From NCBI RefSeq assembly GCF_037042905.1, contig NC_087251.1, forward strand, positions 23,066,001 to 23,130,000: DNA of 64,000 bases, written 5' to 3'. The DNA is from Lytechinus pictus (taxonomy: Eukaryota). Both the position numbers and the translations under genes were made by a program. The notes beneath the pieces were generated by a model. The model was not told the origin of the DNA. It saw nothing but the letters and a program-made list of their open reading frames with translations, and did not search any database. Positions 1 to 11,932 of the stretch are shown piece by piece; positions within the stretch are counted from its first letter, which is position 1, and every line of letters begins with the position of its first letter.

Positions 1-103
1 AATAACTGCGAATGTTCGAAAAAAGAGTAACAGCGGTCAAGTGAAAACAGTAAAAATAGTCCAACAATTCTTGCGGCGTAGAATGCAATGTGACCGGCTG
101 CTG

Positions 104-2749
104 CTAACTAAAAACACTGATGCAGGGGACAGGCTGGGGGTGTGGAGGGGCCGGGGGAGGTGGGGTAATATCCGGCGCATAGCTAGCAAAGCGACCTATG
201 TCTGGGCCTATGTCTGGACCTATGTCTGGACAACAGGTGTTGTTCCGAAGCAGACCAAGTAGCGATGAGGGGTTACCTCGAGGATCATATAGAGCAGCGG
301 CCATGGGGACCCAAGGTCGCGAAAGTCCATAGGCGAGTCGTAGTGAGGCCATCAAAATTCCTGTAGTAGGGCCCATCTTGAGGGTGGTGTGATGACAATC
401 TCGGGCAGTTCCACTGGTACATGAAGTGGAGACATCGCGAACACGTTGGACGTCGGGGGGTCGACCCATGGGAACCGAGATGTTGGTACTCATAAGAACT
501 GTACCCAGGCTGGGGATCACATCAGAGGCGGTATCCCTCACAGGCTGGTAGGTGGAGTCATCATGGTATCGGTCTAGAGGACATTGGAATTCCTCATCCT
601 GGACAGTGGTGGCTATGGCATCAACCACAAAAGAGCTGGAGTGAACAACACCATGTTGGTAAATATGGACATCTGGGGGGTGTCCTTGGGGGACCAGGGC
701 ATCCTCAAGCTGAAGAGAATGTGGTGGATCCTGACGTAGATCAGGGATGGTACTTTGCTCAAAGCAGTCCATGGTGAACTTCCGATCAGCACCTGGATCA
801 ATGGCTCTAGTTGGGTTAACTGGAGATAACTGAATGTGAGACGATGGCTCGAGCATATACAGGCGCAGTTGATGTGTTGTCATGTCAACGGAGGTACTGC
901 TCGCTTGGCTGATAGCGAGACCGGCTATTCTATCATTCGTACATGCGAACCGAACGGAGGTATTGTTAGTTTGGCCGATAGCGAGATCGAGAACGGCTAT
1001 TCTATCATTCGAACATGCGAACCGAACGGAGGTATTGTTAGTTTGGCCGAGAGCGAGATCGAGAACGGCTATTCTATCATTCGAACATGCGAACCGAACA
1101 GAGGTATTGTTAGTTTGGCCGATAGCGAGATCGAGAACGGCTAGCCTATCGTTCGAATGTGTGAATCGAAAACGAGTGCCTGTATGTGAATGGTGCATGC
1201 ACTGTTCGGGCGTGTGATGAGTGAACAGTGTATCAGAGCGCAAGAGCCTATCAGCCCCGTCAATGCAGGTAGAAGTTGGCACAATCTGGAAACCAGGAGT
1301 ACTGCCAGGGATAACTGACAAGTCTTTGCACGTTTCATCTCTCTCTGATGAACCAACATAGCGAACATTGCTATCAACAACATCACAGAAATTCAACTGA
1401 TCTTTACTCGCACCAAGTGTGCAAGTGCCTGATAACATATCAAGTGAAGGGGGATCACATCCCAGTCCAACAGTGAGTTCATGACCTTGGAAACGATCAG
1501 GCTCCGATAAACAATCATCATCGGTAGGAATACCCGGATTACATACCACATCATTGTGAGAACCATGATCATCATTAGCTACATGCATTGCCGACAACTC
1601 AGCAGCGCAACCATCAAGATTAACAGAATGTGTTACAAGGTCGGTTAAATCTAAATCTCCGGACGATATAGCTCTAGACCCATCTAACTCAACGCTAAAC
1701 CTCGAAGAATCGCTAGTGTGAACAGGCCTACTCCAATCACCTGTCACTCCAATGTTACAACCATAATGAAACACGTCATGACTACTTCTTCCATCTTCTC
1801 GCAAAGCAATGTCATCAACATCACGACTGGGGATACCACCTTCGTCTGCATGTACAAAGCTAAACTCCTTGGCATTGTCTTTACGTTTATTTTCATCACT
1901 TCCATCATCAGATCTCAACTCATCATTAACATTGTCTTCATGTTTATTTTCATCACTTCCTACATCACATCTCAACTCATTATCATTGACATTGTCTTCA
2001 TGTTTATTTACATCACTTCCTTCATCACATCTCAACTCAATATCATTGTCTTCGTGTTTATTTTCATCACATCCTTCAACGAATCTCAACTCATTATCAT
2101 TGACATTGTCTTCAAGTTTATTTTCATCACATCTGAACACATTGACTTCATGTTTATTTTGATCACTTCTAATTCTATCATTACATCTGAACTCATTATC
2201 ATTGACGTTGTCTTCGTGTTTATTTTCATCACTTCCTTCATCACATCTCAACTCACTGACATTATTTTTCTCACGTCCTGCATCATGTCTCAATTCATTG
2301 TCATTCAACTCATCTTCACAACAATCAAGATTTTGAGTTTGACTGACATGATATTGATAATTGTCATTGGCTAGCATTTGTCTGTCGAAACCAAAATGTA
2401 TGCAAACAAGATCCCATATGTCTGCAAGTGAAGTGGACTTATTTACAATAGAACCTCTGGCGATAATCGGGCAAGAAGCTGAAATTTGCCCCAGCATGAG
2501 TTCCAAAACCACAACTTTCTGAGCGGCTGTCTTACCGCCAGCAACGTCAAAGGAATCGTCAACAAAACCCCGTACGGTATTTGCCTTCGACTTCCTTTGC
2601 CATGAAATACTCTCCGATAGAAAAGGCAAAAAATCAGTATATGAACACAAATTCATCATTAAACTACGCTTCCACTCTAGGAAGGATTCGGGAGTCTCGT
2701 ACCGACTCAACCTGCGCAACTGTGCGGGCGCTTCCGCTGACTGCGTCAT
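104..2749 (-). CDS. 881-aa ORF of a non-autonomous LTR-retrotransposon-like element: gag-like N-terminus followed by tandem repeats
   Basis: Uninterrupted ORF. The first ~120 aa (AQLRRLSRYETPESFLEWKRSL...FLPFL...RGFVDD...TAAQKVVVLELMLGQI...CPII.R..I...STSL..IW..VCIHFGF) resemble, from memory, the N-terminal gag-like region of LTR retroelements of marine invertebrates. No protease, RT, RNase H or integrase motifs are visible. A PBS-like TGG motif and an LTR-like segment lie directly upstream. Confidence 0.6.
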   Translation of the reverse strand: MTQSAEAPAQLRRLSRYETPESFLEWKRSLMMNLCSYTDFLPFLSESISWQRKSKANTVRGFVDDSFDVAGGKTAAQKVVVLELMLGQISASCPIIARGSIVNKSTSLADIWDLVCIHFGFDRQMLANDNYQYHVSQTQNLDCCEDELNDNELRHDAGREKNNVSELRCDEGSDENKHEDNVNDNEFRCNDRIRSDQNKHEVNVFRCDENKLEDNVNDNELRFVEGCDENKHEDNDIELRCDEGSDVNKHEDNVNDNELRCDVGSDENKHEDNVNDELRSDDGSDENKRKDNAKEFSFVHADEGGIPSRDVDDIALREDGRSSHDVFHYGCNIGVTGDWSRPVHTSDSSRFSVELDGSRAISSGDLDLTDLVTHSVNLDGCAAELSAMHVANDDHGSHNDVVCNPGIPTDDDCLSEPDRFQGHELTVGLGCDPPSLDMLSGTCTLGASKDQLNFCDVVDSNVRYVGSSERDETCKDLSVIPGSTPGFQIVPTSTCIDGADRLLRSDTLFTHHTPEQCMHHSHTGTRFRFTHSNDRLAVLDLAIGQTNNTSVRFACSNDRIAVLDLALGQTNNTSVRFACSNDRIAVLDLAIGQTNNTSVRFACTNDRIAGLAISQASSTSVDMTTHQLRLYMLEPSSHIQLSPVNPTRAIDPGADRKFTMDCFEQSTIPDLRQDPPHSLQLEDALVPQGHPPDVHIYQHGVVHSSSFVVDAIATTVQDEEFQCPLDRYHDDSTYQPVRDTASDVIPSLGTVLMSTNISVPMGRPPDVQRVRDVSTSCTSGTARDCHHTTLKMGPTTGILMASLRLAYGLSRPWVPMAAALYDPRGNPSSLLGLLRNNTCCPDIGPDIGPDIGRFASYAPDITPPPPAPPHPQPVPCISVFS
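905..1175 (-). repeat. 72-bp coding tandem repeat (~3.5 copies; TSVRFACSNDRIAVLDLAIGQTNN)
   Basis: Units begin at ~977, 1049 and 1121 (GA[T/G]AGCGAGATCGAGAACGGCTA...), with a shortened unit at 911. Confidence 0.9.
1885..2320 (-). repeat. ~57-bp acidic coding tandem repeat (ELRCDEGSDENKHEDNVND-like)
   Basis: Recurrent ATCTCAACTCATTATCATTGACATTGTCTTCATGTTTATTTTCATCAC units; the peptide repeat is visible in the ORF track. Confidence 0.9.
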
Positions 2750-2921
2750 CGTATCGTACTATACGTGAGGCTATCATTATCAAAGCGTTACCTGTGTGTC
2801 GCTAACGCTGATGGAGGGATGAATCAGCCAGTTCAAATTGCAAAAATCACTACAGCTATAGTCCTAAACTGTCGATGCGTGACCCAGTTTTGGCCTAAAA
2901 ATTCCTATGTGGCAGGGAACG

Positions 2922-3076
2922 AACCTAGCGCTGACACCACGACAATAAAAAGGGAGAAATTACCACATCAGATTGGGATGCAAAATGAACACCTTTATTC
3001 AACAAGGCCTAGGCTGAACATGCCGGCTAATATTTATACAATCATATGGTAGCTTCAAACAAACCAAACACAAACA
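2922..3076 (-). mobile_element. Putative 5' LTR (~2941-3076) and primer-binding site (2922-2939) of the element carrying the 881-aa ORF
   Basis: On the minus strand the segment starts TGTTTGTG, contains TATAAATA and AATAAA, and is followed by TGGTGTCAGCGCTAGG (PBS-like). The terminal CA is imperfect and no second LTR is in the window. Confidence 0.45.
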
Positions 3077-3240
3077 TTGGCGCCCGTTTTTTGTCTCGCC
3101 CGCGGCACATACCCACTACGTTTTTGGTCGAGTGCCCCCCCCCCCCCGGAAAATCGGCCCCTGATATTTACTCTCCAGGAGGCTCCAGACTACCCCCCCC
3201 CCCACCCCCCTTCATCGTTCCATTATCCATACCGCCTTAC

Positions 3241-3379
3241 CGGTACCTTCTTCGAATTCGTCGACCTTAAGTTTGGATTCACACACTCTTCTCTTCTTAA
3301 TTATTGGATGATGATGATCATGATGTGCAATCGTTGCTGATGATCGAATCGATCCAGGGCCTCCATTGTTGGCCTCCAT
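3241..3379 (-). CDS. Probable first coding exon of a minus-strand gene continuing beyond the window start (MEANNGGPGSIRSSATIAHHDHHHPIIKKRRVCESKLKVDEFEEGT)
   Basis: ATG at 3379, 46 open codons + 1 nt, then GTAAGG donor at 3240. CpG-rich promoter-like stretch at ~3450-3545 just upstream. KKRR is NLS-like. Product not recognised. Confidence 0.5.
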
Positions 3380-6029
3380 ACCATTGACTAGTAATTAGTA
3401 TAACAAGCAGCAGCTAGCTACTCGTAGGGTATCTTTGCGAGGAGTAATCGCACGGATACTACGCCGCGGCCAGCGGGGCGCCGGCGCGGCCGGGCCGGAC
3501 GCGTCGCGTCATCGGGTAGGCCAAGGTGCGCTGGGCTCGCATTCAGGTAGAGATCTTCGAGCTTTACGTGCAAGCAGCAATATGGGGTTGACGCGCGTGC
3601 ATAAAACTGAACATGACGAACAAAAAGACTACGATGTAAGATATGGGTGGATTCATGACACAAAATATTTGGGGGTGTTTTGTTTCGGTAGCTAGTGGGA
3701 CATAGCATACCGTCATTCGTTTTCCCCTTTCATTTTCAATATAATTATGAAAACAAATAAAACTGTCCACGTCATTATTCGTGCACTCCCATTTTGACAA
3801 TTGTGTTTTTTAATTGGATAGAATGCTTCATAACCAGGCGCCGATCCGGGGGGGGGGGGGCTGAAGGCGCGATATACCCCGTATGATTTTTTAAAAGAAA
3901 TAAAAAGAGAGACAAATTGACAAATATAGGTGAAAACCTTTTTTTTTTGCTTGTAAAATTTCCAAAGGGTAGAATGTGCCACCCCTTAAAAATCCTGGAT
4001 CCTGTAGCACCCTAGTTGTAAAATTTCTCGATTCGCGCCTGATTGAACTGGTAGAAGACAAAATCGAGAAGTCCTTAATTGGACATAAAAATGGAGGATG
4101 GTGACGAGTGGCGTGCCCCAGGGGTCAATCTTCGGTCCCAGCCTCGGGCGTCAATATTTAGTCATATTTGTATATCCTGTTCATGATTACAAAAAGTGCT
4201 GTGTCAATTTTTAAGGTCGGAATGTCAAAAAAATTTAGCTCGCGCTTCGTGCGCTAGCATTATTTATTTTTTTTAATCAGGACTTTGACGTAAACAGCAA
4301 GGTAGCTGATCTGTTACCCTGTATAAATATTTTTGCTAAATAAATAAAATGAATAAATTTCATAGTTGAAATATTTCTCGTCTTTATGGCTAACTGCAAA
4401 CAGTCCGTAACAGGTCCCTTCTCGATCAGGCCAGAACGTATTTTAAAAAATTCTGCTCGCGTTTCGCGTTCGCAATATTTAAATAGGACTAAAATATATT
4501 TATGTAGTTTTAAATTAATAAAGCTATAAAGTGACTGTTAGGACTATACCCCTTCAAATAAACACACAAAATCTTACAAGATTTTGGCGATGACAAATCC
4601 CTACGTTTAGTACATTGCAAATGTTATATCCCCTGCATAGCATGAGAGTATGCATACGTCCATTTATGAATTGTATGATACAAATTATTTTTTTAATATG
4701 GTTATAGCTGATCATGACCCAATCAAAAATCCTTTGAATACACTGGCGTGAATGTTGGGGGAAGTTTTACTATCCTAGCATCTTTTTGGAAGCGGGGGAT
4801 TTTGGACAAAAATATAGGCTAAATCAATGTCACACAGAGGCAAGTTAGGACACCGATATTTAAAAAATATTTACAATTTCATCCGTTTATTGGAGACCTA
4901 AAATCACATTAATTCCATAACAATCTAATAAATATTTCAAATATTAATTTTATTCAAATTTTTCAATGTTGCATCATCTCCAAATATAATCTTAAAAACT
5001 ATTCAAAACCTTTTTTTTCTGCAATATGTTTCTTTTGATTTGCACGATTGTGGTATTTCCACCTTTTTGGAAGTTTATATTGTTGCCTGTAATACCTATA
5101 ATCATAAAGTACCCTTATTCCCGATTCATGATCCATTCTCATCTCATCTTTAACCAGTGAGCAAGTGAGTTTTCATTGAACAAAATATGGACAGTTACTA
5201 CTTACTACCTACCATTTACTTCTATGCTCACTCGTTGCATCTCTCCCACTATATCGCACACCCCTTGACAGACGATTTTGTTCATCATTCTGCCTTCCAA
5301 CTATCATAAAAAATTCTCCCTCGCTTCGCTCGCTCTCATATTGATATTTACTGTAATTCATTATATATTCCAACAAATCCATTACAATAAATCCATTGGA
5401 AAAAATCATGATAGGCCTTTAACTGAAATATGATAATATGAATTTACAGTATATACGTATACATTGCCCGTGATGTGATAATTACACACCACTTGAAAAG
5501 AGGTTTTGGACACCCTTTTGTCTCCCTTATACTACGGAAAATTTGCTGGCTCCCTTCGCTCGGTCGCATATTGGTATTAATTGCAATTCATTTAATTGCA
5601 ATTCATTACTTTATAGCCCAAAAATCGTTTTAGGCCTTAAACTGAAATATGGTAGTATTATGAACATGCATGGTTATAATACCCCCGTATACATCCCCCC
5701 TTGGTGTGGGGGTGTCCCAAATTTTTTGAATTTTCAGGTCAATATATTGCAATCATCCCCCCATGCACTGCTCGGACCGGATATGTGACTCTTCACGTTT
5801 ACAGAGCTAGTGCAAAAGCTTCACGTTCGCGTATTCTGGGGGTGCTTTCGGGGCCCGGGCCTCCCGGGTTGGCAAAAAAGGGGGCTCCAAAAAGAAGAAG
5901 AAAAGAGAAGAAAACAAAAGGGGTGAAAAAAGGAGGGAAAGAAGAAAAGAAAGAGAAAGAAAGGGAAAGAAAGAGAGATGGGGAAAAGAGGGAAAGGGGT
6001 GCCGGATTGATATTCGAATGGATGGGGGG

Positions 6030-6800
6030 GGCCTCAAATTGATGTTCGACTTAGTGGCGTAGATTTGATGTTATAGGGGGCGCCGAATTTATATTCGACA
6101 TAAGGGGCGCCGAATTTATGTTTGACATAGCGGGCGCCGATTTGATGTTCTACCAAGGGGCGCTGATTTGATGTGTTACCTAGGGGGGGGGGGGGCGCCG
6201 AATTTATGTTTTACTAAGGGGCGCCGAATTGATGTTCTGTTCGACATAGGCTGGCGCGGAATTGAAGTTTGGCATAGGGGCGCCAAATTGATCTTCAACC
6301 TATATAGGGGGGTGCCGAATTGATGTTCGACCTAGGAGCGCCGAATTGATGTTTATTGGAGTTCGACATAGGGGGCGCCGAATTGATGTTCTGTTCGACA
6401 TAGGCTTGCGCCGAATTGAAGTTTGGCATATGGGCGCCAAATTGATCTTCAACCTAGGGGGGTGCCGAATTGATGTTCGACCTAGGGGCGCGTCGAATTG
6501 ATGTTTTACTTCGATGCGCCGCATTGATGTTCGACATAGGGGGCGCCAAATTGATGTTCGACCTAGGGGCGCCTATATAAGAGCACCAATTTGATGTTTG
6601 TCCCGAGGCGCCAAATTCATGTTCAACCTATATAGGAAGGGAAGCCGAATTCATATTCGACCTTTGGGGCGTCAATTTGATGTTTGTCCTGAGGCGCCAA
6701 ATTCATGTTCAACCTATATAGGGTGGGGCACCAAATTCATATTCGACCATTCAGGCGCCAATCTCATGTTTGACCGGGGGCGCCAAAATCATGTTTCACG
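6030..6800. repeat. ~27-bp minisatellite (GGGGCGCCGAATTGATGTTCGACATAG-like)
   Basis: More than 20 diverged tandem units with a GGCGCC core. Confidence 0.9.
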
Positions 6801-7668
6801 TGAGTTTGGTGCTCGCGCTCGTATCAAATGCAAAGTTCGATGTCCATCCTGTTTATGATTACCAAAAGTGCATAGAAAGTCAATTTTAGGTCAGAATATC
6901 AATATTTTTCAGCTCGAGCTTCACACTCGCATCAATTATTTTATAAAGATGCATCCATTCCTGTTCATGGTTACAAAAAGTGCTTAGAATGTCCAGGTTT
7001 GGGTCGGAAATTCAAAAATTTTCAGCTCTTGACATAAATATCATCCCCTTCCTGATTAACAAAAGTGCTTACAGACTTTCCAAATTTGAGGTCAGAATAT
7101 CAAAAATTTTCAGCTCGAGTTTCGCACTCGCATCAATAAAAAATTGTTTAGATACCCATCATGTTCACGGTTACTAAAAGTGCTTAGAATATCCGATCTG
7201 GAAACATATAGATGAAATATCTTCCACTCCCCCCCCCCTCCTATAAACGAAAGCTGGATCCGCCCCTGGTAAATAAATGTCAGATCCCGCTCACATAATC
7301 TCCGTAGGGAATGCTCTGATGAGAAGCAGAAACCCCAAAGTGCTTAAAATTCTATGCTTTCAGGGGGCCGTTTCATAAAGCTAATCGTAAGTTAAGATCG
7401 AGCGACTTTAATAACTACTGGTGATCCTTTCTTTTTAGAGCGTAAGAAAGGTTCACCAGTCGTTCTTAAAGTCGCTTTTAACTTACGAACAGCTTTATGA
7501 AACACCCACCTGGTCAATTTTTTTTTCAAAAAGTGGTATGACAACATATTCATGGATGTTTTTTTTTCATGCACACATTAAAAAAGAGTTCTTTAATTGC
7601 CTTTTTTCAAGTGATTATGACATAAGATCATTTAACATGCGTTTAAGATACCTTTATTTGCCTGGCGG

Positions 7669-8635
7669 CAGTGGCGTAACTATGGGGGGCAAGTCCCACC
7701 CCCATCGACTGGCAAAAAAAAAAACGGGGGGAAAGAAGAAAAAGAGGAACTAAGAAATAGAAACGTGGTAGGGAGTAGAAATTATTGTTTATTATATTAT
7801 AGTATTACATAAGTATTTTTTTTTTCATAACTTTCTGAAAATGTTATATTTTAGGACCTATTTGTTCATCATTGCTGGTGTTCGCATTGTCTGTTTAATG
7901 AGGTAATCCTATTTTACAAAAAACATCCCGTTTTCAAGTCCATATACACCAAATATATTTCCTCGCACTTCGAGTTGTGTTATGTAGTGACATATCCTTC
8001 TTTTTTTTATGACTAATTTAAGTAATTGCCCCCTTTTAAGGTCTGTATATAAATCATTTCCAGTCCTTATGCACGTTCTTATTAGTGGATTAGTGAGATA
8101 TGTCTGCTCTTCATGAATTCCTATAAATATCAAAATATCAAACATTTTCAGTTTGCGCTTCGCGCTCGCATCATTTGGTTAGTTAATTACGTATGGCTTT
8201 AGTGAATTCCTAAGGACAAGCCTTAATTAGAAGCCTCTTCAGGTCTGAATTTAAAAATTTTCAGCTAGCGCTTGCATCATTTGGTTAGTGAATTGCGTAC
8301 GTATCATGTTCATGATTACAATGACTATAAAAAGTTCTTCATGTGTTGAGGTGTAATTTTAACAAAATCGACAAGTGTTTGGGGTCATATATACAAAAAT
8401 TTCAGCTCGATCTTCGCGCTCGCATTGTATGTTTAGTGGGACAGATAAGTCTGAATATCAAAATTTTCAGCTCGCGCTTCGCGCTCGCATTATGATCAGT
8501 AAGATACAAATTCATTTGATGGCACTGTCGCTATTAGGTCGGTATACCTGGCACTCGAGCGCGCTTCGCGCTCCCACTAGGTGACTCAAAAATTTTGCTG
8601 TTGCCCCCTATGCAGTGACCCACGGTACGCCACTG
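7669..8635. mobile_element. Non-autonomous DNA transposon (hAT-like MITE)
   Basis: TIRs CAGTGGCGTA...TACGCCACTG; flanks CCTGGCGG / CCTGACCG resemble a decayed 8-bp TSD; internal CGCGCTTCGCGCTCGCA repeats. Confidence 0.6.
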
Positions 8636-9594
8636 CCTGACCGGAGGAGGGGCGCCATTTTCCCAAAGTTCAAAGGGGCGCCAAAATTAGGTCGGGCCCC
8701 CCGGGTTGCAAAATCCTGGATGCGCGCCTGCATTCTATGGACATATTATTATGAAAAAAGACAGAAATTATATGGTTATTCCTTTGCTGAATTCTGAAAT
8801 ATTATTTATTGGAAAATGGTAGCAGGGTCATGGTGTTGAAGCAACAAAATAGTGTGATGTCTATGTAACGGTGGTATCAGCTTTTTCATTTCACAGAGTG
8901 TATCAGTCAAATGTGAGTAAGTTTTGATGTGTCAATTTAAAGATGATGTCCAATGATAGTAATTCAGTTTGAAATTGGGGATGTTTAATGGTTGCTGCTA
9001 AACAAATACAAAGTTTTACCACCGTTACATGGACATCACATTTAGGCAATAAATTCTCAGGTGTGAATATGTCATACATCATGATGCTTGAGAAGTAAAA
9101 CTTGGTGAGACCCCATTTATTTTTGCTGGTAATTTTATGCATACATTTGCCTTCTTTTCATCAGACACGGTTTTCAGTTCTGGTATGTCACAAAATGGCA
9201 ATCCCGTGGAATGACCCAGCATCAAAAGTTGAGTACTGTGTTATATAGGCAGGTTTTTAGATCAGGATTACAATTTGCGCCGTGCAGATATAGTGACGTG
9301 TCTTCAATGTTCGCCCCAATAAATAATTTGTTGTAAAAAAATACCAGAAAACCGATGCGTGAGGTTCGGAGGAAAATCAATCCGCAAAGATTAGTAAAAG
9401 TATTGGAATTTCAAGTTAATGATCTGTGACGTCATATAGCTGCACATTATGTTTTGTTGTAAAAAAAAAACAATTTCTGTTCTTTTTAATTACAATATAA
9501 TTAACTATTTTTTCGGAGTGAACTTCCCTATTCATAAGAAGTGCATTATAGGATGACATCCATGCCTCCTCTGCATCTGTCAAGTTGTTATTTA

Positions 9595-11448
9595 AACAAG
9601 TGGAACGCCTCTGGCAGTCTCGCCTGCATTACGCGATTTAATATAGCAGCAGTGCTAACTTTGAAAACTACTATAAAATAATCATTCACAAAAACACCAT
9701 TCATATAATGACATAATACCACGTTCATTGACCATAAATGACATTTGAACGGTGACTTAAGACTTGTCAACTACACCCATGTCCACATTTCATTCACTCT
9801 ATCTATAAACTTTCAAAGTTATGATGGCAATTCAACAATTACCCCAACATTGCCTAAGTTTATTGACCTTTGACCTTGGTTTTGTGACCTGAAACTCACA
9901 GGGGATGTTCAGTGATACTTGATTACTCTTATATCCCAAGTTTTATGAACTAGATCCATAAACTTTCAGAGTTAGGATGGTAATTCACCAAATACCCCCA
10001 ACACGGCCAAAGTTCATTGACCTTTAATGACCTTTGACCATGGTCATGTGACCTGAAACTCGTACATGTTCAGTGATACTTGATTACTCTTTTGTCCAAG
10101 TTTTATGAACTAGATCCGTAAACTTTCAGAGTTAGGATGGTAATTTAACAAATACCCCCAACACGGCCAAAGTTCATTGACCTTAAATGACCATTGACCA
10201 TGGTCATGTGACCTGAAACTCGCACAGGATATTCAGTGGTACTTAATTAACCTAATGTCCAAGTTTCATGAACTAGATCCATAAATTTTCAAAGTTATGA
10301 TGGTAATTCAACAAATACCCCCAACTTGACCAAAGTTCATTGACCCTAAATGACCTTTGACCTTCGTCACGTGACCTGAAACTCAAGCAGGATGTTCACT
10401 ATTACTTGATTAACCTTATGCCCAAGTTTCATGAACTAGGTCCATATACTTTCTAAGTTATGATGTCATTTCAAAAACTTAACCTTTGGTTAAGATTTTG
10501 AAAATAATTCTCCCAACATGGTCAAAGTTCATTGACCCTAAATGACCTTTGACCTTGGTCATGTGACCTGAAACTCAGGCAGGATGTTCAGTAATACTTG
10601 ATTACTCTTATATCCCAAGTTTTATGAACTAGATCCATAAACTTTCAGAGTTAGGATGGTAATTCACCAAATACCCCCAACACGGCCAAAGTTCATTGAC
10701 CTTTAATGACCTTTGACCATGGTCATGTGACCTGAAACTCGTACATGTTCAGTGATACTTGATTACTCTTTTGTCCAAGTTTTATGAACTAGATCCGTAA
10801 ACTTTCAGAGTTAGGATGGTAATTTAACAAATACCCCCAACACGGCCAAAGTTCATTGACCTTAAATGACCATTGACCATGGTCATGTGACCTGAAACTC
10901 GCACAGGATATTCAGTGGTACTTAATTAACCTAATGTCCAAGTTTCATGAACTAGATCCATAAATTTTCAAAGTTATGATGGTAATTCAACAAATACCCC
11001 CAACTTGACCAAAGTTCATTGACCCTAAATGACCTTTGACCTTCGTCACGTGACCTGAAACTCAAGCAGGATGTTCACTATTACTTGATTAACCTTATGC
11101 CCAAGTTTCATGAACTAGGTCCATATACTTTCTAAGTTATGATGTCATTTCAAAAACTTAACCTTTGGTTAAGATTTTGAAAATAATTCTCCCAACATGG
11201 TCAAAGTTCATTGACCCTAAATGACCTTTGACCTTGGTCATGTGACCTGAAACTCAGGCAGGATGTTCAGTAATACTTGATTAACCTTATGTCCAAGTTT
11301 CATGAACTAGGTCCATAGACTTTCTAAGTTATGATGTCATTTCAAAAACTTAACCTTAGGTTAAGATTTGATGTTGACGCCGCCGCCGCCGTCGCCGTCG
11401 GAAAAGCGGCGCCTATAGTCTCGCTCTGCTATGCAGGCGAGACAAAAA
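9595..11448. mobile_element. Helentron-associated (HINE/pearl/Tsp-like) element with central ~130-140-bp tandem repeats
   Basis: AACAAGTGG...GCAGTCTCGCCTGC end, array of TGACCTTTGACC-containing monomers, (GCC)n microsatellite, terminal hairpin GTCTCGC...GCGAGAC plus A-run. Homologous copies at 39875-40757 and 14406-14698. Confidence 0.75.
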
Positions 11449-11889
11449 CTGCGTTCACAGAACACCAGTATTTTCTACCTATACGGTATACTATTCTGAG
11501 AATGTCACTGTCATGGGTTAAAATCTATGAATTTTTTTTATTGATATTTTGTGTACCATCCCCGCGGTGCTTGATCACATTTTCAACGGAGAAAGAATAG
11601 GGAGTACTCATGCGCTTTTGTTGCTACCATTTTTCCCCACAAATTTATCATATCTTAGAATTCAGCATACATGTAAAACTTGTTTTAATACAGAATAAAG
11701 GAGCACGGTCAGACGGGTCAGTGGAGAGGGCCAGAAAATTAATCAACTTTTTGGCCTGATAACTTGTCCACAAATTCAGTTCACTCCGATCCGCGCGCCC
11801 TGCTCTAGCGCGTAATGTATGCAGCTGTATACGGCCGGCGGACAGAGTACGGCCTGACAAATGACTGATTTTCTTAAAATTTGTCAAAA

Positions 11890-11932
11890 ATGAGGACAAT
11901 AATTCAACGAGTCACCAAAGCTAGTGTCACTG
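11890..11932 (+). CDS. DTD1: DTD1 exon 1 (MRTIIQRVTKASVT)
   Basis: Canonical DTD N-terminus M-R-x-I-I-Q-R-V-x-x-A-S-V; GTAAGT donor, phase 1; CpG-rich region just upstream (~11785-11855). Confidence 0.95.

Noticed and set aside
1718..2374. 218-aa hydrophobic + strand ORF resembling a multi-pass membrane protein
   Set aside because: Antisense shadow of the acidic 57-bp repeat in the 881-aa ORF.
6030..6800. Regularly spaced ~27-bp repeats resembling a CRISPR array
   Set aside because: Units are contiguous and degenerate with no unique spacers and no cas genes; eukaryotic minisatellite.
9870..11360. Long repeat array with TGACCTTTGACC (nuclear-receptor DR1-like) motifs as a dedicated enhancer
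   Set aside because: It is the internal array of a dispersed mobile element with other copies in the window; there is no evidence of regulatory function.
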